From positions 8,458-72,457 of the forward strand of contig CAYJKV010000003.1 in NCBI GenBank assembly GCA_964371255.1: a stretch of 64,000 bases of DNA. Direction: 5' to 3'. Below the pieces are notes generated by a model. It was not told the origin of the DNA. It made no database searches and saw nothing but the letters and a program-made list of their open reading frames with translations. The translations under genes and the position numbers were made by a program. The stretch comes from an uncultured Candidatus Saccharibacteria bacterium (GTDB lineage: Bacteria > Patescibacteriota > Andersenbacteria > UBA10190). Each line of letters starts with the position of its first letter. The first letter of the stretch is position 1. This document shows, in pieces, positions 10,286 through 18,737 of the stretch.

Positions 10286-10325
10286 GCACCAGGAGAACGA
10301 TCTATCTCCTGTGCCTTTTTTATTT
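10284..10325 (+). terminator. intrinsic terminator
   Basis: AGGCACCAGGAGA...TCTCCTGTGCCT followed by a T-tract. Confidence 0.7.
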
Positions 10326-10360
10326 GTACTATCGCAGTATTATTATGTAGTTTTATTAGT

Positions 10361-11110
10361 ATGATGGATAAGCCTTGGTGGAAAACAGCCTTTAACGAAT
10401 CGTATCTTACTGCTTTTGATGACTACTACTCTGCAGTAAAAGGGGAAAAAGAGGCAGTTTTTCTTATTCAGGCATTGTCGATTAAGAAAGGCGCCAGTGT
10501 CCTTGATCTTGCATGCGGGCAAGGAAGGCACGCTATTGCACTTGCACAGAATGGCATGAAAGTAACTGGTCTTGATACTTCGGCTATTCTTTTAAACGAA
10601 GCTGGGAAAAGAGCGAAAATGGAAGGAGTGACAATCTCGTTTGTGAATGGAGACATGCGTTCATATCATGATACTAATAAATTTGAGGCTGTGCTTGTTC
10701 TGGGTAATTCGTTTGGATATTTTAGCGACAAAGATAACGAGAATGTATTATCAAATATCTCCACTTCTTTACAAGTTGGTGGTTGGTTGGTCTTAGATTT
10801 ACCAAATACACCTGGTATGCTCCGCCGGAAAATGACGGGGAAACAAATTCAGAAAAACGTGAACACAACAGTGACAACGCGCACGGTTAATTTCAACCCG
10901 GAAACATTTCGTGCAGATTTACAGTGGGAAATTTATCAAAACACAAAAAAGGTCTCATTCAATGGAAATTTGCGTTTGTACACGCCACCAGAGATTAATC
11001 ATCTTCTTAGCGAGCGAGGCTTGGTTATCAGAAAAACGTATGGTTCATTCAGTGATGAAACATACAATATTGATACAAAGCGTTACCTGGTAATAGCGCA
11101 AAAGATATAA
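10361..11110 (+). CDS. class I SAM-dependent methyltransferase
   Basis: VLDLACGQGRH, GLDTS, GDMR and NSFGYF motifs. Confidence 0.92.
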   Translation: MMDKPWWKTAFNESYLTAFDDYYSAVKGEKEAVFLIQALSIKKGASVLDLACGQGRHAIALAQNGMKVTGLDTSAILLNEAGKRAKMEGVTISFVNGDMRSYHDTNKFEAVLVLGNSFGYFSDKDNENVLSNISTSLQVGGWLVLDLPNTPGMLRRKMTGKQIQKNVNTTVTTRTVNFNPETFRADLQWEIYQNTKKVSFNGNLRLYTPPEINHLLSERGLVIRKTYGSFSDETYNIDTKRYLVIAQKI

Positions 11111-11199
11111 TTAATATCACAAATAAGTTTATATTCTAAGGAAATTAGTCTTTGAGAACAGTTGAGCATTGTGGGCGCCATTCAGTAGCCTCAACCTCC

Positions 11200-11396
11200 C
11201 TCTTGATATACTATAAAACCATATGATCCCCTGGCTCCGTCGTCCCAATAACAATCACCGCGACTCGTTATTCAACCTGCCTCTCTACCCTCCAGCCCCT
11301 AAAAAAAATGGGGGAGTCGATCTAGCCTCCCAGCAGCTCACTACTGACGTTAATCAAATCTTAACGTCCTTCTCTGTTGTTAAAGCTCGCCGTCAG
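11200..11396 (+). repeat. right direct repeat (intact promoter and 5' end of the ligase gene)
   Basis: Matches 8282-8477. Confidence 0.9.
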
Positions 11397-12845
11397 TTAT
11401 CTGACGTAAGTGAGGAGGAATGGCAAGGCAGGGGAGAGAAGAGGGCGTTGGCCCTTTTCCGAGCAGCCGCTGAATATGTTCCCGCCTACAAAGATTTTCT
11501 TAAGAAGAATAAGGTTAACCCGGATAAAATTAAAACCGTCAGTGACTTCAAACAGGTGCCCTTCGTCGATAAAGAAAACTACCTGCGTGTTTACCCCTTA
11601 CAACAGCTTTGTTGGTATGGTGACTTGTCTTTCTCTCAAATAATTTCTTTTAGCTCTGGTTCATCTGGACAGCCATTGTTTTGGCCTCGCGGTCAAATAC
11701 TAGACACAGAAACTACCCTTGAACATGAATTATTCCTGTCATCGTTTTTTAATATTGATACAAAGTCCACCCTATTGCTCAATTGCTTTTCCATGGGTAT
11801 GTATGTCGCCGGTAGCATCACATTAAATAGCGTCCTTAATTTAGGCCGAAAAGGTTATCCCATAACTGTCGTTACTCCCGGAATAGACATGGAAGATATC
11901 ATCCGAGTCATCCCTGAACTAAATCCTCATTTTAACCAAATCATCATTGCTGGTTATCCACCTTTTGTAAAAGATATCCTCGATGAAGGCATCCGAGCAG
12001 GAATTAACTGGCAGGACATTTCCATTAAATTCATCTTAGCTGGTGAAGGATATAGTGAAACTTGGCGAAAGCACATATCCAAAATTGTTAATGACGGGAG
12101 CCCTCTCTACGATTTCATAAATCTTTACGGATCAGCTGACGCAGCTGTGTTAGCTCATGAAACCCCTACTTCTATTATAACGCGATCGCGACTGGCGGGA
12201 GATGATAAAGTTCGAGAAAAACTCTTTGGTAGTTCACTGTTACCATCCTTATTACAGTATTATCCTGAGCATAAATTCTTTGAGCCTGTAAACAACGAAT
12301 TGATCTTCTCTACCACCGGCGGCGTCCCTCTTGTCCGCTATAATATTCACGACAAGGGAGGAATATTAAGCAAAAAGGACATAACAAGTAATATCCCGGA
12401 ACTGGATGAGTATCATACGGAATTAAAACGCCAAAACCATCTCTGGAATTTGCCCTTCGTGTATGTTTTTGGTAAAAGCGACTGCACTATAATGTTGTAT
12501 GGTCTTAATATTTACCCGGATAACATAAAAACTGCCTTGGAAAGTGAAGCCTTAAGAAAAACAACTACTGGTCGGTTTACTATGACATCTGAATTCAACG
12601 CCAATATGGATCAATATTTGCTCATTAATGTTGAGCTTGCCCCCGCTACAGAGCCTTCTCAAGCCTTGACCAGTGATATTAGCGACGCGATTGTATCAAC
12701 TCTTAAGAAAATGAATCGTGAGTACCAAAAATTATTTAACTCCATTGGCAACAAAGCCCTACCCACAATACGTCTGCACAAAAAAGGGGAAGGTAATCTG
12801 TTCTCACGAGCCGGCAAACAAAAATGGGTGAGAAATAATCCATAA
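11223..12845 (+). CDS. phenylacetate-CoA ligase (PaaK)-family adenylate-forming enzyme
   Basis: VPAYKDFL, SSGSSG, YGSAD, PLVRYNIHD and GLNIYP motifs. Confidence 0.85.
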   Translation: MIPWLRRPNNNHRDSLFNLPLYPPAPKKNGGVDLASQQLTTDVNQILTSFSVVKARRQLSDVSEEEWQGRGEKRALALFRAAAEYVPAYKDFLKKNKVNPDKIKTVSDFKQVPFVDKENYLRVYPLQQLCWYGDLSFSQIISFSSGSSGQPLFWPRGQILDTETTLEHELFLSSFFNIDTKSTLLLNCFSMGMYVAGSITLNSVLNLGRKGYPITVVTPGIDMEDIIRVIPELNPHFNQIIIAGYPPFVKDILDEGIRAGINWQDISIKFILAGEGYSETWRKHISKIVNDGSPLYDFINLYGSADAAVLAHETPTSIITRSRLAGDDKVREKLFGSSLLPSLLQYYPEHKFFEPVNNELIFSTTGGVPLVRYNIHDKGGILSKKDITSNIPELDEYHTELKRQNHLWNLPFVYVFGKSDCTIMLYGLNIYPDNIKTALESEALRKTTTGRFTMTSEFNANMDQYLLINVELAPATEPSQALTSDISDAIVSTLKKMNREYQKLFNSIGNKALPTIRLHKKGEGNLFSRAGKQKWVRNNP

Positions 12846-13215
12846 TTTCAGGTTATTTATCATCGTTCTCAATTGAAGCCCATTTCAATCCCCGATATGC
12901 CAAACACACCTGCCCTGAAATCATGCCCTTTGCGCCACAATTATCTTGCCATATTGTCAATAACGGTTGACAAAACGCCCCAAAACTCGCTGTAGATCGT
13001 CGCTATATACCCCATAAATCAAGCCGTCTTAGGCCCTTTCAAGACAGAATCCTGCACTGTTTAACCATGTTCGTATATTGTTTGTCAATAAATTGTTACA
13101 AATTGCCTATATATACCGATTGACGTAAACCTATTCTCCTGCCTATTGTAACAATACTCAGTTTTCTGCTCGTCCTTTCCAACTAAATTTCCTCTGTTTC
13201 GAAAGGAGCTACCCA

Positions 13216-15984
13216 ATGGGTACCTCACGCCGCGTGAGGGGACTCGCCATGGAAAGTCTGGAAAGAAGGATTTATCTTTCTGCCGACCCCATTAGCCTGT
13301 CCCAATGGCAGAGCCAAGCCTGGTGTACAGGCTCGGTTTCTGAACAATCCGGTACAATCGTTGTAGCCGCCAATGGTCAAAGCCAGGGAGGCGACCATGT
13401 CGCCCTCACTGACTCGCCGGCCGTGGTTGACAGTGATCTCTATCTTGAGTTCACGCCGCAAGTCAACCATCTTGGCAACGACAAGGTGGTCTTCGAGATC
13501 AGTAATGGCAGTGGTACGCGCGTCGTCATCAACCTCGAACGCAACGACGCTGGTAACCTCTTTAGCATTACTGAACAAGAAGGGTATGGTGCACCGTCAT
13601 ATATCCAGACCGTCACCATCACCAACAACACTTCACACCGCCTGGAAATGAATGTGGATGAAGCAAGTTTTACTCTCTTCATCGACCAGCTGCCGCTCGC
13701 CACTTACCCTGGACAGCTGGCCGCGAACTCCTTTGTTCGTCTGTGCGTTCGCGGTGATAGGGAAATCGCGCAATTGCAGCTGACTGGTTTAGGCGGGATG
13801 TTCTCGGACTATACCAGTTCCTTAGGTGAATCTGGTGAAGCATCCGACCCCGCTGATCCGCTTGATGCGTCGCTTTGGCAACAGCAAACCTGGAGTACCG
13901 GTCAAGTCTCATCGACCGGCAGCCAGATTAGCCTTAGCGCCAACGGCGGAGCGCAGGGTGGAGACCATGTCGTAATCTTGCAGTCCCCAGTCGTTCCGGG
14001 AGATTTCTTTCTGGATATTCTTCCCAGTGTCAACTACGCTGCTGCGAACGCTGACAGCGACAAAGTCTTGGTTGAAATCGGCAACGGTACCACCTCGCGC
14101 CACACGGTCAATCTTGTCCGTGACAGCAATGGTGATCTGTACACAATTGTCGAGACCACAGATCCAGAGGCTCAGATTAGCCAGGTGACAATCACCAACG
14201 GCCAATCTCATCGCCTCGAGGTTAATGCGACAGAAACCGACTTCTCCGTCTTTGTCGATGAATCGCTCGTCGCTGCTTTCTCTGAGCCTTTAGCGGCCGA
14301 TGCTTTCGTCCGTTTGGGGCTGCGTGGTGACAAGGCTTTAGCGCAGGTAAGTCTCACTGGCTTAAATGGCGTCTTTACACCATATACCAGCGAGCTGATT
14401 GCCGGCGCTGAACCTCAAATCATCGAGCTCTTTGCTCTAGTTACTCTGGATGCCGCTGTCCTTCCAGTGGTGGAAGTGCCCAGCTTTGTAGCTAGCCTCT
14501 CCGCGCCGGCACCGACAGTGCCAAGCATGGGTACCGTTGAAACTGCCAGCTTCGCGCAACGCATTGCTCGCAGTATTACGTCTGCTAATACGATTGCTCG
14601 CACTGGTCGGACATATTACGACGCCGACTACGGAGTAGACGTCTACGCCGGTTCTAACCAGTACTTCGTGGAGTACAATAACGGCGCTGTTGAACTGCGA
14701 GTCATCCCCTCCGGTCTACCAGCCGGCCAGGACCACCCGTTTGTTCATGAAGTAACGCCGATTCTCCGCAACACTGCAGACGTCGGTCAGGTTGCTAAGC
14801 CGGTTAGTCGAACTGGCGCGACCTTCTACGATCCGGCACGCGGTATTGATGTCTATGCCGGTGAGGGCAAATACTTGATCGAATACACGGATGGCACCAT
14901 TGAAGAACGTAATCGACCTAGCGGCGGATACATTCCTCTTCCGGAAGACTTCACCGTCGGCGGCTCGGACTATTCCGAGCCCATGTCTGCCTTCGGACCT
15001 TCCGCGCAAGTCCTCGGTCTTTCCACGGATGGCACCAGCCCCAAGTCTAGCAGCGAACTCTACTATATCGGCCCTTCGTATGTGTCGAATAGCGGACAGC
15101 AGCGCATCGCCGGACCAGGTCAAGTTTTTCTGCAGGATCCTGTCACTAAAACGATTCTTCTTCGTCCCGTGGCAGATGGTGACGTAGCTCTGCAGAGGCC
15201 CGTATCCCCAGTAGTCACTATTGCCACCCATCCCGCTACGGTCATTACCGACCTCTTCCAGCAAACCTATGGCCGGACGCCAACCAGTGAAGAACTCTCT
15301 TACTGGCGCCAACGTACGGATAAGAGTGGGGATTCATTACTTGGAGCGATGGAGTATGCGCATCAGCAGTCTGTTGATGCAACTATAACTCAGTTAGGGT
15401 TAATAGATAGCAGTGCTATTGGATACTTTGATTCAGAGAGTCCAATGTCAGCATATGACCTTCCTGAGTTTCACAGCATTTCTCAGGTCCCCGTTGCAGA
15501 ATTCGTGGTGTCCTTAAATCTTGGCTTAATCGACCGTGATCAAGCAGCAGCCACGATTTATACGCACATCGAAGAGCTTGAGTTATGGTGGAACACTACG
15601 GTGCAAACGCATCTTGATGCATTCAGTTTATGGAAGAACGAATTAAGTTTTGTACCACCATCGCCCGTAAGCATGGAAGCGTTGTCGTTTTACATCAACA
15701 GTCCTGATTACGTAGTCACTGTAGACTCTTTACCATCATTTGTAACTGGAAGTATACATGATGGTGCCTCAACATCTATCCGAATTCGTCGTATTGGTAG
15801 TATCACTGGCACTCAAGTAACACTTGATGCCTCAGGCAATATCATTCAAGTAGGCGAGCAAGGAGCAGGCTCTGACGACATGATAAGCCCCACTAGCACC
15901 CCAGGACACATTTCACTCATAGACGGTGCACGACTTTGGGGGCATGTAACCTTGGACGTGCTTCCTTGGCTAATTTTTCAGTAG
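13216..15984 (+). CDS. 922-aa repetitive surface protein with N-terminal LExRxLL-like motif
   Basis: RBS AAAGGAG; RRVRGLAMESLERRIYLSAD; two ~180-aa beta-rich tandem domains; two RTGxTxYD...GxDVYAG repeats; one FxxxYGRxP..E..YW module. Confidence 0.8.
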   Translation: MGTSRRVRGLAMESLERRIYLSADPISLSQWQSQAWCTGSVSEQSGTIVVAANGQSQGGDHVALTDSPAVVDSDLYLEFTPQVNHLGNDKVVFEISNGSGTRVVINLERNDAGNLFSITEQEGYGAPSYIQTVTITNNTSHRLEMNVDEASFTLFIDQLPLATYPGQLAANSFVRLCVRGDREIAQLQLTGLGGMFSDYTSSLGESGEASDPADPLDASLWQQQTWSTGQVSSTGSQISLSANGGAQGGDHVVILQSPVVPGDFFLDILPSVNYAAANADSDKVLVEIGNGTTSRHTVNLVRDSNGDLYTIVETTDPEAQISQVTITNGQSHRLEVNATETDFSVFVDESLVAAFSEPLAADAFVRLGLRGDKALAQVSLTGLNGVFTPYTSELIAGAEPQIIELFALVTLDAAVLPVVEVPSFVASLSAPAPTVPSMGTVETASFAQRIARSITSANTIARTGRTYYDADYGVDVYAGSNQYFVEYNNGAVELRVIPSGLPAGQDHPFVHEVTPILRNTADVGQVAKPVSRTGATFYDPARGIDVYAGEGKYLIEYTDGTIEERNRPSGGYIPLPEDFTVGGSDYSEPMSAFGPSAQVLGLSTDGTSPKSSSELYYIGPSYVSNSGQQRIAGPGQVFLQDPVTKTILLRPVADGDVALQRPVSPVVTIATHPATVITDLFQQTYGRTPTSEELSYWRQRTDKSGDSLLGAMEYAHQQSVDATITQLGLIDSSAIGYFDSESPMSAYDLPEFHSISQVPVAEFVVSLNLGLIDRDQAAATIYTHIEELELWWNTTVQTHLDAFSLWKNELSFVPPSPVSMEALSFYINSPDYVVTVDSLPSFVTGSIHDGASTSIRIRRIGSITGTQVTLDASGNIIQVGEQGAGSDDMISPTSTPGHISLIDGARLWGHVTLDVLPWLIFQ

Positions 15985-16039
15985 TCCATCGTACTCTTTA
16001 GGAGACAGATTTATGGCCGCATGTAACATTGCGGCTTTT

Positions 16040-16390
16040 TTATACTACCATTCCTAAAACCATCATTATTCCAATAATAAATACCCCCAAACTTAAATGT
16101 AACCACCCAGACAGATATCTGCGATGCAGAATTCGATAAACTCCAAAAAGAGCCAGCATACCAATACTACCTATCCATAAAAAACCAAATAAACCCGTCA
16201 ATATTAGTAATAAAATTGACGTCTCGTCTCGCATCCAGGCAAAACGATTAATAGAAGAGAAGAATACACTTAAGAATCCAAGAGACATTGAAACTAATAA
16301 AGGCAGCCACCACGACTCGACATATAACCTTATAAATCTTTCAAAGGATGGTAGGGACTGAGCAGGTATCTTTTGACCGTTATTTACCAT
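16040..16390 (-). CDS. small membrane protein (about 3 TM helices)
   Basis: 116-aa ORF with hydrophobic segments. Confidence 0.65.
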   Translation of the reverse strand: MVNNGQKIPAQSLPSFERFIRLYVESWWLPLLVSMSLGFLSVFFSSINRFAWMRDETSILLLILTGLFGFLWIGSIGMLALFGVYRILHRRYLSGWLHLSLGVFIIGIMMVLGMVV

Positions 16391-16522
16391 AAATAATTTA
16401 TACTCTTAAAAAAGATATATCTCAATCTGTATGCCTCATAAAAGTAGGACATTACACGAGATGACATAGCCATAATCTTCTAAACAACTAAAATATTCCT
16501 TTAGCAGAGCGTAAAATAAAAA

Positions 16523-16564
16523 ATGTCAATAACCATTGACAAAAACCTGTTGCCATAATATAAA
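16523..16564 (+). promoter_or_regulatory. sigma70-type promoter with ATGTCA-N8-TGACAA palindrome
   Basis: TTGACA (16536-16541), 17-nt spacer, TATAAA (16559-16564). Confidence 0.6.
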
Positions 16565-16615
16565 TAAAAGCCCAAAGTAAGCGAAATTAATTATTTAAAT
16601 AAATCTGTGAAAACA

Positions 16616-17512
16616 ATGAAAAGTCTAATTATACTTACAGGAGCGATTTTATTGCTCTCCCCATCAATCGGCTACGCGGTCACCAGTCAGGTTTGGGTAG
16701 ACGATTTCGCTGTGAGTTTATGCGGTAATCAAAGCTTCGCCTTCTCAGGAACAGCTGAACTCAATAGTTCGGAAGAATTACTGGTGAAACTAGACAATGT
16801 GATTATTAATCACACCTTAAGCGACATTAATTGGATAACCGGACTGACACCGGTTGGTGTTGGTGCTCACACGATCAGAGCGGAAATAGTTCGCACTGCT
16901 GATAATTACATCGTAAACCAGCACCAAAGACCCTTTGTTGTTGCTTCTTGTGTGGTAAATCCCACGCCAGCCCCATCCAATGAAGGCAGCAATAGTGATT
17001 CTGACGGAGGAGGTAGTTCTGGCGGTGGTGGCGGTGGAGACGGGGGAGACGACGGCAACAACACGCCAGAACCGGCAGCTAGAAAACCTAAAGTTAAAGG
17101 CGCTAAAATCAAAGGCTCGAAATGCAGCATAGCTAACCTATCAGTACCTGCCGTTGTCGCCCGTAACTTCTCGCAAGTCTTCGGCCGCTCTATTACCCAC
17201 GCTGAAAGTGTTTATTGGAAAACAAGAGCCAGAGGCGACAAATGTAATGAAATTACTTTGGCGGGCGCGATGCGATGGCATAAACAAAAAGGTTCCGCCG
17301 GACCTACCAGAAGCCAAAACGTAGCGGGTATCAATCATGTCTCAGGTAAAGTACATCAATCTCAGATAAATTCGTTATTCCTCTCGGTTTATAACCGCAA
17401 CCCTAGCATCAGTGAAAATTCATACTGGCTATCCCGAATAAACGACAAACCATCCGTGGCCGCCATGCTTGGTGCTATGAAATTTCATTTGGCAACCCGT
17501 ATATCGCACTAG
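16616..17512 (+). CDS. secreted protein: Ig-like N-domain, Gly/Asp linker, two C-terminal surface modules
   Basis: Signal peptide ending IGYA; GGGSSGGGGGGDGGDDG linker; two F..V.xR.....E..YW..R...L.GAM modules. Confidence 0.8.
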   Translation: MKSLIILTGAILLLSPSIGYAVTSQVWVDDFAVSLCGNQSFAFSGTAELNSSEELLVKLDNVIINHTLSDINWITGLTPVGVGAHTIRAEIVRTADNYIVNQHQRPFVVASCVVNPTPAPSNEGSNSDSDGGGSSGGGGGGDGGDDGNNTPEPAARKPKVKGAKIKGSKCSIANLSVPAVVARNFSQVFGRSITHAESVYWKTRARGDKCNEITLAGAMRWHKQKGSAGPTRSQNVAGINHVSGKVHQSQINSLFLSVYNRNPSISENSYWLSRINDKPSVAAMLGAMKFHLATRISH

Positions 17513-17729
17513 GCGTACCGATTAAATTTATTACCGCCAATGTTACAGATAGCAATTGCATTCTTGGCTTGAACTAGTAACTATCGTAACCACTTTCTAC
17601 GGTTGCTCTCTTAAACAATCAACAAACCAATCTAGAAGTATGTCCGTACTATCAGTGCGGTACAAAATGTCATCCCCATGCATATTAGTAAAACCTATTA
17701 CCCGCTTGCTATACTTAAAAAGGAAGTCT

Positions 17730-18707
17730 ATGGATACCATACAAAAACCTGTAATAAAAAAACGTTCTGCAATTATTGATGCCGCCATTCTTGATTTGCT
17801 TGAGTACAGAAAAAGTTGCGATCAGCAACTATATTATTCAATAGATGAAAACATCAGGTTCTTTGAGGCTGCTCGTTCGTTGCCTCGTTATATTTTTTGG
17901 CTCCTTACAGAATACTCTAAAATCAACGGACATCGTATCTTAGAGCTTTCAGATTTTCATTTGCGTGAGGGTGAATGGGAAAAGATGTTGCTTGGTCAAC
18001 TGCTTACCCTGGAAAGAAAAAACATTCCAGACCTGATCGGACCATTAAGGAAACAGCTATCAAAAGAAATCCGAACAATAACTCAGCAAAAAAATGAACC
18101 AATCGTAGTAATTAATATGGGCTGTGGCGGAATGGAAACCGAGCGAAGAATAGCCTTAGGGCTATTCAAAAAACCTCTTACCCAACCCATCATCTTTATT
18201 GGTATCGATTCTTCCCCAGCTGCCATCAAGGTTGCTCAGCAAAATTTGCGTAGTTTTAGTAAGGAATTTACGCAATTGGAAAGCCTTACCCCTGATGTCA
18301 TTCATTCAATCAAAAATATCCAAACAGACAAACCTGTTCAATTTAAAGTATTTATTGGCGATGCCCTAAATATTCATAATTATGCCGAGCCTCAAACAAT
18401 CGACATAATTTTTCATTCCAAGTTTCATCATCATCTGTCAGATCAAGACAAAAGACGCTTTGACGATATGATAAGAAAGACTGCTTGTTGTGCAATCGAA
18501 TTCGATGATTATCGGGGTGCCTATTTACCTATACTCTCTATCCTAACCGGCTGGAATAAGCCCATTCTACTAAATGGCGCTGTTATTAGCAGTCTGCGTG
18601 ATCCAACTAAAGAGGATATTAAAAACTACAAAAAAGAAGGATGGATAACCAAAATCTATCCGTTAAAAGGATTTTTGAAAATACATCACTCGTCCCAAAC
18701 CTGTTAA
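17730..18707 (+). CDS. class I SAM methyltransferase-like protein
   Basis: NMGCGGME, IGIDSS, GDAL and FHHHL motifs; start placed at ATG 17730 after AAGGAAG. Confidence 0.7.
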   Translation: MDTIQKPVIKKRSAIIDAAILDLLEYRKSCDQQLYYSIDENIRFFEAARSLPRYIFWLLTEYSKINGHRILELSDFHLREGEWEKMLLGQLLTLERKNIPDLIGPLRKQLSKEIRTITQQKNEPIVVINMGCGGMETERRIALGLFKKPLTQPIIFIGIDSSPAAIKVAQQNLRSFSKEFTQLESLTPDVIHSIKNIQTDKPVQFKVFIGDALNIHNYAEPQTIDIIFHSKFHHHLSDQDKRRFDDMIRKTACCAIEFDDYRGAYLPILSILTGWNKPILLNGAVISSLRDPTKEDIKNYKKEGWITKIYPLKGFLKIHHSSQTC

Positions 18708-18737
18708 TATAGAAGCACCACTTAACCAGCAGTCTTT

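Noticed and set aside
16040-16390. Immunity gene for a polymorphic toxin
   Set aside because: It is convergent rather than co-transcribed, and I recognise no toxin motif in the upstream C-terminal domain.
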